DNA of 60,203 nucleotides from assembly GCA_025963735.1 (NCBI GenBank), contig JAOQAF010000080.1, forward strand, positions 1 through 60,203. The letters run 5' to 3'. Under the pieces are notes generated by a model, which saw nothing but the letters and a program-made list of their open reading frames with translations, did not search any database and was not told the DNA's origin. The position numbers were made by a program, and so were the translations under genes. Below, piece after piece: positions 1 to 10,354 of this stretch. The DNA is from Bacteroidota bacterium (GTDB lineage Bacteria > Bacteroidota > Bacteroidia > B-17B0 > Aurantibacillaceae). Position 1 is the stretch's first letter; the number at the start of each line of letters is the position of its first letter.

Positions 1-663
1 GATACGCGGGGTATAAACGTGGGTTTAATTTACGATAAAGCCATGTTTGATTTTGTAAGTTATAAAGAATTAAATTCCATTTACCCTGCCTTACCTGATA
101 ATAAAACCAGGAATATATTATGTGTTACCTTAAAATTTAAAGCGACTAATGAAGAAGTTACCGTATTGGTAAATCACTGGCCAAGCCGCCGCGATGGTGA
201 GAAAGAAACGGAACCAAGAAGACTGCATGCAGCTAAGGTAGCAAGAGCGCAGGTTGATGAATTATTAAATGCAAATAAGAGCTCTAAAATTATTGTGATG
301 GGAGATTTAAACGATACTCCAAAAAACAAATCTGTTTTTAATGTCTTAAAAGCTAATGCAAAACCTGACAAAGAACTGGGGGAGTTGCTAAATCCGTATC
401 TTAATTTCGAAAACCGTGGTGATGGCACGCATATTAGCGAAGGCAAGTGGCACGTGTTTGATAATATCATTTTATCAACGGGATTTCTGCAAAACAAAGG
501 CCTTAGTTTTCATCCTGACAACGCGTTTATTTTAAAAAAAGATTTTGTGCTGTTTAAAAATTATAAAACAGGTTTAGTGAAACCTAACCGCACGTTCGGT
601 GGTGATAAATATTTTAACGGTTACAGCGATCACCTGGCCGTTTATGTGCGCCTTGCTTATTAA
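1..663 (+). CDS. Endonuclease/exonuclease/phosphatase (EEP) family protein, 5'-truncated by the window edge
   Basis: Frame is open from base 1 (DTRGINVGLIY, matching the family DxRGIDV motif). Also NHWPSR, MGDLND, FDNII and the C-terminal GYSDHL catalytic motif. Confidence 0.85.
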   Translation, partial: DTRGINVGLIYDKAMFDFVSYKELNSIYPALPDNKTRNILCVTLKFKATNEEVTVLVNHWPSRRDGEKETEPRRLHAAKVARAQVDELLNANKSSKIIVMGDLNDTPKNKSVFNVLKANAKPDKELGELLNPYLNFENRGDGTHISEGKWHVFDNIILSTGFLQNKGLSFHPDNAFILKKDFVLFKNYKTGLVKPNRTFGGDKYFNGYSDHLAVYVRLAY

Positions 664-801
664 GTAATTCTGCACAAAAAAGATCCTTGCGATTTTTATA
701 AACTTAACGCTACTCCTTCATCAAAAAGGTTTTAACAATCTAATGCGGTAATATGTTTATCCTAAAAGTTTTTTTATATTTAGTCTTTTAACTTTTATAA
801 A

Positions 802-1851
802 ATGAGGACACTTTTATCCGCAACGTTTATTATCGGTTTTATCTGCGTTAACGCGCAGGATACAGTTAAAGTGGCCGGCAATTTAACGCCCGACCAGTTG
901 GCTGAACAGGATTACAACTACGGCCTGGCAGCACTTAAAAAAAATGACTGTTCAGCAGCGGTGGATCTGTTTTCAAAAAGCCTCGCAGCCAAACCCAATT
1001 TCGACAAGGCTTTAGCCAACAGGGCTATAGCTTACACGCATTTAAAAAAACACGCTGAAGCCGTTAAAGATATTAATGACGCAATTAAAATAAACCCTCA
1101 AAACCCCGAAACTTATTTCAATAAAGGTTTAATATATTTCGAATTAAATCAAAAGGACAGTGAAAATGTTGCGCTTGACAATTGCCTTAAATTAAAAGCC
1201 GATCATGCTGAAGCGGCCTACTACAAAGGAATATTGCTTTATGAAACAAGTGATTTCGATAAAGCAATTGAGTTTTTTTCGAAAGCGATTTCTTCCAATT
1301 CTAATTATGCTTATGCGTATAACGACAGAGGAAGCGCCAAGCGGGCAAAGAATGATAATGCAGGCGCCATTGCCGATTATGAAAAAGCTATTTCTATCGA
1401 TGGATCACTTACTTTTATTCACAACAATCTTGGGTCTGCGTACCGTTTAAATAAAAATTACCCTAAAGCCATTGAAGCTTATACCAAAGCCATCCAGGCA
1501 AATCCTGCTTATTTAACGGCATTGATAAACCGCGGGGCCACCCAGTTTGAAAATAATAATCTGAAAGCGGCGCAGGCCGACTTTGAAGAAGTGCTTAAAA
1601 AAGATCCGAATAACGCAGGAGCTTATAACAACCTTTCTTCCATTGCTATTAAAAATAAGGATTATAAAAAGGGTAAAGATATGGCTGCGCGTTCTATTCA
1701 GCTGGATGAAAAAAACGGTCCCGCCTATTATAACCGGGGTATTGCAAGACAAATGCTTCATGAAGAAGAAGGAAGTTGTGCCGATTGGAAAAAAGCTCTT
1801 GAGCTTGGCGTAGAAGGTGCCAAAGCATTTATAAACTCTTCCTGCGATTAA
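802..1851 (+). CDS. Secreted tetratricopeptide repeat protein
   Basis: Signal peptide (VNA-Q). Tandem 34-aa TPRs (ALANRAIAY, YFNKG, AYNDRGSAK, AYYNRGIAR). Ends in the CADWKKALELG cap. Confidence 0.85.
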   Translation: MRTLLSATFIIGFICVNAQDTVKVAGNLTPDQLAEQDYNYGLAALKKNDCSAAVDLFSKSLAAKPNFDKALANRAIAYTHLKKHAEAVKDINDAIKINPQNPETYFNKGLIYFELNQKDSENVALDNCLKLKADHAEAAYYKGILLYETSDFDKAIEFFSKAISSNSNYAYAYNDRGSAKRAKNDNAGAIADYEKAISIDGSLTFIHNNLGSAYRLNKNYPKAIEAYTKAIQANPAYLTALINRGATQFENNNLKAAQADFEEVLKKDPNNAGAYNNLSSIAIKNKDYKKGKDMAARSIQLDEKNGPAYYNRGIARQMLHEEEGSCADWKKALELGVEGAKAFINSSCD

Positions 1852-1871
1852 ATTAAAAAAAGTAACGTCTT

Positions 1872-4022
1872 ATGAAAAATAACATTTATCTATTTGCATT
1901 TTTAACTTTTTCGTTTTTTTCTTTTGCGCAATCGGTTGAGTTTGAAAAAGACAATTTTCCAGGAAAAAAAGAGGAGCTGCGCGAGGCTAAGAAAAAACTT
2001 GATATTGGTATAGATTCTTATGTTCAGGGCCGTAAAGAATTTGATGATTTTAAAAAGAATTATGTTTCCGAAACAAAAATTCTTCCTGTAAGTCACTACG
2101 ACTATCAGAAAGCAGGATTTACTTTTTTCCGTAACGCTTTATCTCCTTTAACGGATGCGCAACGCTTTAACCCGAAAAACGCGCGCCTTAATTACATGCT
2201 TGGCTTTGTTTGGTTTATATCAGACCCATCTAATGCAGAAACTTTAAAATATTTAGAAACTGCCTATTCGCTTGATCCGAAAGTAGAGCCTGATTTGGCT
2301 TATTGGCTTGCGTGGGCCAATCACCTGAACAGTAAATGGGATGAGGCTATTAAATATTATCAGCTTCACCTTACATTCCTTCAACAAAAAGCAAAAAGCA
2401 ACGCTCTTGATATTGATGATGCGAATAAAAAAATTGCCGAGTGCAATCAGGGAAAAAAATACAGCACTAACCCAGAACGTGTTTTTGTAGATAACCTTGG
2501 ATCAAGTGTCAACACATCTTACCCGGAATACGGACCTTCCATTACCGCGGATGAAGAAACCATAATTTTTACAGCGCGCCGCGATAACAGCACCGGATTA
2601 AAACGTGATGAAAATGATAATGGCTTTTATGAAGATGTTTACATTTCCAATAAAAAGAACGGGAAGTGGCAACCTTCAGTGCAATTAAGTAAAAATGTAA
2701 ATACCGAAAACCATGATGCCGCGGCGGGATTATCGCCCGATGGCAGCAAGCTGTATGTTTATCGCCATTCCGGAAAAGACGGCGGTGATTTATATGAAAG
2801 TACTTTATTTGGCGCAGACTGGGAACCACCTGTTCACATGAATAAGAACATCAACACCAAATATCATGAATCAAGCGTGAGCGTGAACGGCGATGGACAT
2901 CGGATTTATTTTGTAAGCGATAAAGAATCAGGATTAGGAGACCGCGATATTTATTTCAGTGATATGGATGTGAAAGGTGAGTGGGGCGCAGCAAAAAACA
3001 TTGGGCCTGAAATAAACACCAAATATGCCGAGGAGGCAGTGTTTATGCACCCTGACGGAGTAACGCTTTATTTTAGCAGCAAGGGTCACAACAATATGGG
3101 GGGTTACGATATTTTTAAATCCACTTTTGTTAACGGTAAATGGTCGGCGCCTGAAAACCTTGGATACCCAATCAACGGACCGGATGACGATGTGTTTTTT
3201 GTAGTGAGCGGAAGCGGAAGCAGAGCTTATTTTGCATCCGCCAAACAAGGAGGCTTTGGAGAAAAAGACATTTATAAAATTACTTTTTTAGGAGCAGAAA
3301 AAAATCCTTTACTTAATTCACAGGATCAGCTCATAGCCATGCGCGCCAATCCGGTAAGTAATTTAAAAACAGAAAACGCGGTAGAGGTTAAAATGGCCAA
3401 AGTAACAATCCTAAAAGGTGTTGTTACTGATGCAAAAACCAATCAGCCCCTTGAAGCTTTGATTGAATTAATTGATAATGATAAAAATCAGGTAATAGCT
3501 ACTTTTAAATCAAACAGCGCTACCGGTAAATATCTGGTAACCCTTCCAAGCGGAAAAAATTATGGTATTGCAGTAAAAAAAGACAGTTACCTTTTTCATT
3601 CTGAAAATTTTAATTTACCCGAAGGAGCCGATTATCAGGAGTTCAACAAGGATGTAGCGTTAAAGAAAATAGAAATTGGAAGTGTAATTGTTTTGCGCAA
3701 CATCTTCTTTGACTTTGATAAAGCCACCCTTCGCCCTGAGTCAGCCAACGAGTTGGAGCGACTGATCAAATTATTAAATGATAATCCGGGTATTAAAATT
3801 GAATTAGGAAGTCATACCGATAGTAAAGGATCTGATGAATATAACATGAAGTTATCTGATAATCGTTCCAAGTCAGTTGTTGATTACCTCATCAATAAAG
3901 GAATTTCATCTTCACGATTGGTTGCCAAAGGGTATGGCGAAACCAAACCTATTGATACAAACGACACGGACGCGGGCCGTCAGAATAACAGGAGAACCGA
4001 ATTTAAGATCCTGGAGAAGTAA
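1872..4022 (+). CDS. TPR + PD40 beta-propeller + carboxypeptidase-regulatory-like + OmpA_C protein (PorE-like architecture)
   Basis: PD40 repeats (NTSYPEYGPSIT, INTKYAEEAVFMHPDG, GYPINGPDDD). OmpA motifs NIFFDFDK, HTDSKG, LSDNRSKSV and NRRTEF. Confidence 0.88.
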   Translation: MKNNIYLFAFLTFSFFSFAQSVEFEKDNFPGKKEELREAKKKLDIGIDSYVQGRKEFDDFKKNYVSETKILPVSHYDYQKAGFTFFRNALSPLTDAQRFNPKNARLNYMLGFVWFISDPSNAETLKYLETAYSLDPKVEPDLAYWLAWANHLNSKWDEAIKYYQLHLTFLQQKAKSNALDIDDANKKIAECNQGKKYSTNPERVFVDNLGSSVNTSYPEYGPSITADEETIIFTARRDNSTGLKRDENDNGFYEDVYISNKKNGKWQPSVQLSKNVNTENHDAAAGLSPDGSKLYVYRHSGKDGGDLYESTLFGADWEPPVHMNKNINTKYHESSVSVNGDGHRIYFVSDKESGLGDRDIYFSDMDVKGEWGAAKNIGPEINTKYAEEAVFMHPDGVTLYFSSKGHNNMGGYDIFKSTFVNGKWSAPENLGYPINGPDDDVFFVVSGSGSRAYFASAKQGGFGEKDIYKITFLGAEKNPLLNSQDQLIAMRANPVSNLKTENAVEVKMAKVTILKGVVTDAKTNQPLEALIELIDNDKNQVIATFKSNSATGKYLVTLPSGKNYGIAVKKDSYLFHSENFNLPEGADYQEFNKDVALKKIEIGSVIVLRNIFFDFDKATLRPESANELERLIKLLNDNPGIKIELGSHTDSKGSDEYNMKLSDNRSKSVVDYLINKGISSSRLVAKGYGETKPIDTNDTDAGRQNNRRTEFKILEK

Positions 4023-4024
4023 GT

Positions 4025-4858
4025 TTAAAGTTGCAGGTGTTTTGATTTAACTTCTTTGCCAAAAAACAAAGTAGCTGCTTTATCAAATATTTCGGGAAGA
4101 TCTGTTGTATAAAAATTGAAGCTTGCATTTTTGCTGCATTTAATTTCTATTTCAGGGTGACGGAAAAGATAATTTTTTAACCCTGCAGCTACTATTTTAC
4201 CCTGGCTAAGCAACTGAACATTTGCTGGCAAATATTGTTTTATTTTTTCGGTTATTAACGGATAATGAGTGCAGCCTAAAATGATGGTATCAATTTTATC
4301 CGATTTGGTCATTAATGCCTCTACGTGCTTTTTAATAAAATAATCGGCCCCGGCATTATCACATTCATTGTTTTCAATAAGCGGAACCCACATAGGGCAA
4401 GCCTCCTGGTACACCTTTACATCCGGAAAAAACTTTTCAATTTCTACCAGGTAAGAGCCCGAACTAACGGTTCCCGGTGTGCCTAGAACCCCGATGTGTT
4501 TTGTTTTACTGTAGTTTCCTATTATTTCGGTAGTGGGCCTTATAACACCTAAAACCCTTTTCTCAGGCGCAATAAGTGGCAAATCTTTTTGCTGAATGGT
4601 TCTTAATGCTTTAGCAGAAGCGGTGTTACAGGCCAGTATTACCAACTCACAACCTTTATCGAATAAATGCTTAACGCATTCAAGCGTGTAATCGTAAACT
4701 GTTTCAAAACTTCGCGTTCCATATGGGGCCCTGGCATTATCACCTAAATATAAAAAATCATATTCAGGTAATTCCTTTACAATTTCTTTCATAACCGTAA
4801 GGCCGCCGAAACCGCTGTCGAATATGCCAATTGGCTTATATGTTTTTTCCTTGTTCAT
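4025..4858 (-). CDS. murI: Glutamate racemase
   Basis: IGIFDSGFGGLTV, ACNTAS and LGCTHYP catalytic motifs. The ATG at 4858 overlaps the upstream stop (TAATG). Confidence 0.97.
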   Translation of the reverse strand: MNKEKTYKPIGIFDSGFGGLTVMKEIVKELPEYDFLYLGDNARAPYGTRSFETVYDYTLECVKHLFDKGCELVILACNTASAKALRTIQQKDLPLIAPEKRVLGVIRPTTEIIGNYSKTKHIGVLGTPGTVSSGSYLVEIEKFFPDVKVYQEACPMWVPLIENNECDNAGADYFIKKHVEALMTKSDKIDTIILGCTHYPLITEKIKQYLPANVQLLSQGKIVAAGLKNYLFRHPEIEIKCSKNASFNFYTTDLPEIFDKAATLFFGKEVKSKHLQL

Positions 4859-6018
4859 TAAAACCATAAATCAAGACAAACAATAAATTCATTTCTTTGA
4901 TTTAGAAGCGTGTTGCCTTTTTTAAAAATAAGATTGTCTGACTCAAGAACTCTCCATTCAAAACTTAAAGCCGAATTTTTTTGAGGCGTCAGTTCAACTC
5001 CAAGCGTTGTTCCTTTAATGTATTTGCCGGCGTCAAGGTTGGTTGCAAGAATCTGGTTAGGATCGGAAAAATATTCCACCCGTCCATAAGCGCCAAACTT
5101 TGTAAAGGGTTTGTATTTTACAACCACAAGCCCGCCAAACATATGACCGGTTTTAGAAGTGTCTTTTTTTAAAGAGTGCTCCTGTATGCCATAATTAAAA
5201 TCAATTCCAACAATCAATTTAGCATAATCAAACGTACCATATATGTTTTGATAAAAGCGTTGATGTTTGGTTGCTATATTATCAGGGGTTTCATCACAGG
5301 TTAAAAAGTTATAGGTAAATGAAATATTTTTAGAAAACGCGTATTTGGTTGAAAAATCAAGTGCCTTGTTTTTGTTATTGTCTACGTATTCATTATACCC
5401 GTTAAAAATGCCCGCCTGCAGGCTCCACTTCGAAGTTATCAGATAGGTCAGTTTTACCCCGCTTAAAAAATAGGGATCATAAAAATTTGGGATAGACATG
5501 CTTGAGGTAATATTTTCCCTTGGCTGAAAACTTTCAAGGCCGATATGTGTTTTAAAAAAACCGGCATCCATCCATAATTTATTGCCAACTCTAAAGCCGG
5601 CATGCGCTTCCTGAATTAATTTAAAATTTGCCGGCCATGAACTTTCAGGTACATCGCCGTAGTGTATGGATATGGTGCTCCTCATGCGCCTGCTTGCATA
5701 CGCCAGGCTTACCAATCCCATGTTCAAAGAAAACTGATTGTTGCGCGATGCCAGCGTTGAAAACTGTACAAAACCGTTACTTTCGGTTTCATCATCATAA
5801 TGGGCATAATAAGTTGAAACATAACCGCCAATCCGAAGTTCGGGTTTAGATAAGGTGTCAATCCGCTCATCAAGAATATCGGTACCCGTTAACTGAACAT
5901 TACTTTCGGAATGAAAAATAATAGTAGAGCTGCTGTTTTTTTTTGAAAGCGTATCCAATTGCGACTTCAGTTGAAATCCAAGCAGAAGAAAAATGACTAA
6001 TATATTTAGGCTCTTCAA
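4858..6018 (-). CDS. Outer-membrane beta-barrel porin, BBP2/DUF1597-like
   Basis: TTG start and signal peptide. GGYVSTYY, NQFSLN, IQEAH, DAGFFKTHIGLES and PYFLSG resemble PF07642. C-terminal Phe. Confidence 0.75.
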   Translation of the reverse strand: MKSLNILVIFLLLGFQLKSQLDTLSKKNSSSTIIFHSESNVQLTGTDILDERIDTLSKPELRIGGYVSTYYAHYDDETESNGFVQFSTLASRNNQFSLNMGLVSLAYASRRMRSTISIHYGDVPESSWPANFKLIQEAHAGFRVGNKLWMDAGFFKTHIGLESFQPRENITSSMSIPNFYDPYFLSGVKLTYLITSKWSLQAGIFNGYNEYVDNNKNKALDFSTKYAFSKNISFTYNFLTCDETPDNIATKHQRFYQNIYGTFDYAKLIVGIDFNYGIQEHSLKKDTSKTGHMFGGLVVVKYKPFTKFGAYGRVEYFSDPNQILATNLDAGKYIKGTTLGVELTPQKNSALSFEWRVLESDNLIFKKGNTLLNQRNEFIVCLDLWF

Positions 6019-6088
6019 AACAGGGTCTTATCTAATGTTTTACAAAAAAACGCAATAATTCGGTTATTTTTACGTTCTCCCTCTTCTA

Positions 6089-6862
6089 TTGTATAAAAAA
6101 TGCTTCATATTTATTATTTGCTGTCTTGCCTTGAAGGCAGGATCGCAAACTAAAAAGCGAAATTTCCGTCAGCGCGAAATTGGTATTTTTGGTGGTGCCT
6201 CCTATTATATTGGCGATTTAAATCCGCGCAAACACTTTATTCCTTCGCGGCCTGCTGTTGGCGTATTTTTCAGGTATACTACCAATTACCGTTATGCCTT
6301 CAGGTTCGGTGTTAATTATGGAACGGTAAGCGCATCCGATGCTACAAGCAAAGAACCGGATCAGCTCGAAAGAAATCTTAATTTCCGCTCCAGGATTTAT
6401 GACGCTCACGCCATTGCTGAGTTTAACTTTGTAGATTACAGGATAGGTAACGATAAACATTATTTCACTATGTTTATTTTCGCCGGTCTTGGTGGATGTT
6501 ACATGAATCCGCAGATGAATGTAAACGGCAATTACATTGATCTTGCCGGCCTTCACACCGAGGGGCAGAAAAAATCTTATTCACACTATCAACTTACCAT
6601 TCCGTTTGGCGTGGGTTTTAAATGGAATATTTCCGATCGCTGCGGCTTGGGTCTTGAATGGGGACCGCGAAAAATGTTTACAGATTATCTCGATGATGTA
6701 AGCGGCTCATATTCTAATTCTTTACTCAATGGTTTGGGAATTCCGGGAACCATGCGCGGCAACCCACGTTCAAAAGACTGGTACTTTTTTTACGGACTTA
6801 CATTTAATTTCAGATTACCAGCGCCTAATCCTCAATGTCACGGTGTTGGCATTTCAGACTGA
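6089..6862 (+). CDS. DUF6089/PorG-like outer-membrane beta-barrel protein
   Basis: GGASYYIGDLNP, RNLNFRS, IPFGVGFK, FTDYLDDVSG and GNPRSKDWY. Occupies the usual position upstream of uppS-bamA in Bacteroidota. Confidence 0.8.
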   Translation: MYKKCFIFIICCLALKAGSQTKKRNFRQREIGIFGGASYYIGDLNPRKHFIPSRPAVGVFFRYTTNYRYAFRFGVNYGTVSASDATSKEPDQLERNLNFRSRIYDAHAIAEFNFVDYRIGNDKHYFTMFIFAGLGGCYMNPQMNVNGNYIDLAGLHTEGQKKSYSHYQLTIPFGVGFKWNISDRCGLGLEWGPRKMFTDYLDDVSGSYSNSLLNGLGIPGTMRGNPRSKDWYFFYGLTFNFRLPAPNPQCHGVGISD

Positions 6863-6925
6863 TTTTTTCATCCTGTTAAAAAACCTAAAAGAACCTAATA
6901 AGTTAGTCGTTTTTGACTATTTTAC

Positions 6926-6933
6926 TATCTTTG
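6926..6933 (+). promoter_or_regulatory. Bacteroidota housekeeping -7 promoter element for uppS-bamA
   Basis: TATCTTTG matches TAnnTTTG and lies 17 nt before the uppS ATG. Confidence 0.6.
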
Positions 6934-6950
6934 CAGACCCCGTAACCCCC

Positions 6951-7697
6951 ATGGATTTAAAGCATTCATTAGATAAAAATAACATTCCCAAACACGTGGC
7001 CATTATCATGGATGGCAATGGCCGTTGGGCTAAACAACAAGGTGAAGACCGGATTTTCGGCCATCATGAAGGAGTTAATTCTGTAAGAGAAGTGGTGGAA
7101 GCCTGTGGTGAAATAGGTGTAAAGTTTGTTACCCTCTATGCCTTCAGCACTGAAAACTGGAACAGGCCAAAAGATGAGGTGGATGCCTTAATGGAACTTC
7201 TTGTTTCTACCATTAGTCTTGAAACTCCAAATCTTAATAAAAAAGGCGTTAAGCTTGAAGTAATCGGGGATATAAAAAGTCTTCCTAATTCTTGTCAGGC
7301 CGAATTACAGGAATCAATTTCAATTACTTCCTCCAACACTACCGTTACACTTATTTTAGCTTTATCCTATTCAAGTAAATGGGAAATAACCAGCGCCGTT
7401 AAAGAAATTGCGCAACACGTAAAAGAGGGGACGTTAAGCCCCGAAGATATTACAGGTAAACACATCGAAAAATATTTAAATACATCCAAATGGCCCGATC
7501 CTGAATTAATGATCCGCACCAGCGGTGAACACAGGATAAGTAATTTTTTACTCTGGCAATTGGCGTATGCTGAATTTTATTTTACCGATACCCTGTGGCC
7601 CGATTTTAGAAAACAGGAATTTTTTAAAGCTATTTTAGCTTATCAGAACCGTGAACGACGCTTTGGACAAACCAGCGAACAAATTTCTCAAAATTAA
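6951..7697 (+). CDS. uppS: Undecaprenyl diphosphate synthase
   Basis: HVAIIMDGNGRWA, YAFSTENWNRP and IRTSGEHRISNFLLWQ. Start moved from 6729 to the ATG at 6951, downstream of the promoter. Confidence 0.97.
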   Translation: MDLKHSLDKNNIPKHVAIIMDGNGRWAKQQGEDRIFGHHEGVNSVREVVEACGEIGVKFVTLYAFSTENWNRPKDEVDALMELLVSTISLETPNLNKKGVKLEVIGDIKSLPNSCQAELQESISITSSNTTVTLILALSYSSKWEITSAVKEIAQHVKEGTLSPEDITGKHIEKYLNTSKWPDPELMIRTSGEHRISNFLLWQLAYAEFYFTDTLWPDFRKQEFFKAILAYQNRERRFGQTSEQISQN

Positions 7698-10287
7698 GAG
7701 TATCAGAAATTATAAATTCATATTTCTTTTCCTTTTAGCATGTTCGGGAGGCGTGGCTCAACTAAGCGACAGCGTTATTGTTCAAACGATTAAAAATCCA
7801 AAAAAATACAGGATTGGCGGGGTTATTCCACAAGGTGCCAACTTTACAGATCCATCAGTAATTGTTTTACTTTCAGGTTTACAAAAAGGCGATGAAATTA
7901 CTATTCCGGGAGATAAAATTTCTGATGCCATTAAAGCGCTTTGGAAACAAAGCATTTTTGAAGATGTTCAGATAATTCAGGATAAAATTATTGGACGCGA
8001 TATTTTTCTAATTATACGGGTTGTTGAACGCCCCCGTCTGTCAAGATTTAAATTTGAAGGCGATGTAAAAAAGAGCGACGCGGATGAAATCAGAGGTAAG
8101 ATTCGTCTTTTAAAAGAACGTGTTGTTACAGATTACATGCTCGGCTCTATAAAAAATACGGTGCATGATTTTTACCTCAACAAAGGATATTATTATAACA
8201 AGGTTGATATTATAACCAAACGCGATACTTCGACCAAAACCCCACACATCCTGTTAACGATAAAAGTTAATAAAGGGAAAAAAGTAAGAATTCAGGACGT
8301 TAATATAATCGGCAACACCATCATTCCTGACTGGAAATTGCGTCGCAAACTTGAAGATAGCAAGCGTTTCCGCTGGTATAACCCTTTCAATTCAGGAAAA
8401 TATCTGGAAGAAAATCTTGCCAAAGATCTTCCCGCCATTGTTGCAAAATACAACACCAAGGGTTACCGCGATGCGCGTATTGTAAAAGACAGCGTTTATT
8501 TTGTTTCAAAGAACCGCGTAGCCATTGACGTAATCATAGACGAAGGCCATAAATATTATTTTGGAAAGTTTCATTGGTTTGGGAACAGTAAATACAGGAG
8601 CGGACAGTTAGATACTATTCTTAATATCCAGCCGGGAGAGGTTTATGATCAGAGTAAGCTGGACGCCAAATTAATTATGAATCCAAACGGATTCGACATC
8701 TCAAGTCTTTACATGGACGACGGCTATTTGTTTTTTCAGGTAAACCCGCAGGAAAGCAACATACATAACGACACCATTGATTTTGATATTTTAATGTATG
8801 AAGGAAAACAAGCAACCATAAATAAAATTACTGTAACAGGAAATGACAAAACCAACGATCATGTTATTTACAGAGAGATCAGAACAAAACCCGGTCAGCT
8901 TTTCCGCCGCTCTGATATCATTCGAACACAACGTGAGTTAGCGCAGCTTGGATATTTTGATCCTGAAAAACTGAACGTTATTCCAACACCTAATGCTGCA
9001 GATGGTACTGTTGACATTGAATACATTGTTGCTGAAAAACCAAGCGATCAGATTGAACTCAGCGGTGGCTGGGGTGGACGTTCCTATTATGCCGGATCTA
9101 ACAGCGGCATTGGTATTATTGGTACTTTGGGAGTAACTTTTAATAATTTTTCGGCCCGTAATTTTTTCAAAAAGGAAGCATGGAGGCCTCTTCCAAGTGG
9201 CGACGGGCAAAAACTTAGTGTAAGGGCGCAAACAAACGGTATTTATTATCAGTCCTATAATTTTTCTTTTACCGAACCGTGGTTAGGAGGTAAAAAACCT
9301 AACTCACTTACTTTTTCTGCTTTTCACTCTTTGTTTAGTAATGGCCAGAAAAAATTTGTAACGGGTGAAACCGGTAAAATATATAACCCTAACCGCTCAA
9401 GTATGAGCATCATTGGTATGTCTTTAGGATTAGGGCGCAGGTTGAAGTGGCCCGATAACTATTTTAGCATGTACTCACATTTAAATTATAATTATTATGA
9501 ATTAAATAAATACAGCGCCTTCCAGTTTTTTGATCAGGGGTCGGGATATGCCAACGACTTGAACCTTGGTTTAAACATTTCGCGTAATTCAGTAGATCAG
9601 CCCATATATCCAAAACAAGGCTCTAATTTTTCACTGGACATGAAATTTACTCCTCCTTATTCAATGGTAAATAATAAAGATTATACTTCTCTGACAACAG
9701 CCGAACGTTATAAATTTATTGAATATCAAAAATATAAAATCACCGCTGAATGGTTTACCCAGCTTACAAATAAAAAAGCGGCGGAAGGGAAAGAGGCGCG
9801 GAACTTAGTATTAAGAACAAAAGTGGGTTATGGATTTTTGGGATATTACAGCAAAAAAACGGGCTACTCACCTTTTGAACGCTTTTACATGGGCGGAAGC
9901 GGTATCAGTGGTTTTCAGAATTTTGTGGCCCGCGAAATTATCGCTCTTCGCGGATATCCTGATAACAGCTTGTCGGGCCAGTTCGGTGATCCAATCTGCG
10001 CGCGTTATACCATGGAGCTACGTTATCCTATTACGTTAAACCCACAGGCAACCATTTTCGTACTGGGTTTCGCGGAAGCCGGCAATACATGGAAAGATTA
10101 CAAACAGTTTAATCCTTTCCAGGTGAAAAGAAGCGCGGGTGTTGGTTTACGTGTATTCCTTCCTATGTTTGGTTTATTAGGGATTGATTATGGCTGGGGG
10201 TTTGACAGTGTGCCGGGTCAGCCTGGAATAGGCAATGGTAAAGGACAGTTTCACTTCACCATTGGCGGTCAGTTAGGCGAGCTATAA
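7663..10287 (+). CDS. bamA: Outer membrane protein assembly factor BamA
   Basis: POTRA domains (GNDKTNDHVIYRE), barrel motifs SFTEPWLGG and LRGY, and position uppS-bamA-skp. Start uncertain (TTG 7663 or GTG 7651); overlaps the end of uppS. Confidence 0.95.
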   Translation: MDKPANKFLKIKSIRNYKFIFLFLLACSGGVAQLSDSVIVQTIKNPKKYRIGGVIPQGANFTDPSVIVLLSGLQKGDEITIPGDKISDAIKALWKQSIFEDVQIIQDKIIGRDIFLIIRVVERPRLSRFKFEGDVKKSDADEIRGKIRLLKERVVTDYMLGSIKNTVHDFYLNKGYYYNKVDIITKRDTSTKTPHILLTIKVNKGKKVRIQDVNIIGNTIIPDWKLRRKLEDSKRFRWYNPFNSGKYLEENLAKDLPAIVAKYNTKGYRDARIVKDSVYFVSKNRVAIDVIIDEGHKYYFGKFHWFGNSKYRSGQLDTILNIQPGEVYDQSKLDAKLIMNPNGFDISSLYMDDGYLFFQVNPQESNIHNDTIDFDILMYEGKQATINKITVTGNDKTNDHVIYREIRTKPGQLFRRSDIIRTQRELAQLGYFDPEKLNVIPTPNAADGTVDIEYIVAEKPSDQIELSGGWGGRSYYAGSNSGIGIIGTLGVTFNNFSARNFFKKEAWRPLPSGDGQKLSVRAQTNGIYYQSYNFSFTEPWLGGKKPNSLTFSAFHSLFSNGQKKFVTGETGKIYNPNRSSMSIIGMSLGLGRRLKWPDNYFSMYSHLNYNYYELNKYSAFQFFDQGSGYANDLNLGLNISRNSVDQPIYPKQGSNFSLDMKFTPPYSMVNNKDYTSLTTAERYKFIEYQKYKITAEWFTQLTNKKAAEGKEARNLVLRTKVGYGFLGYYSKKTGYSPFERFYMGGSGISGFQNFVAREIIALRGYPDNSLSGQFGDPICARYTMELRYPITLNPQATIFVLGFAEAGNTWKDYKQFNPFQVKRSAGVGLRVFLPMFGLLGIDYGWGFDSVPGQPGIGNGKGQFHFTIGGQLGEL

Positions 10288-10318
10288 AAAAATGTTAATT
10301 ACACGATAATTTATAAAA

Positions 10319-10334
10319 TGGCACGTTTTATGAT
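10319..10334 (+). promoter_or_regulatory. Putative sigma54 (-24/-12) promoter before the skp pair
   Basis: TGGCACG-TTTT-ATGAT has the GG-N10-G(A) spacing and lies 20 nt before the ATG. Confidence 0.5.
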
Positions 10335-10354
10335 TAAATTTAACAGCTTAAAAA

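Noticed and set aside
6729-6950. N-terminal extension of UppS given by the ORF track
   Set aside because: It overlaps the upstream gene, and a -7 promoter lies at 6926, so the ATG at 6951 is the better start.
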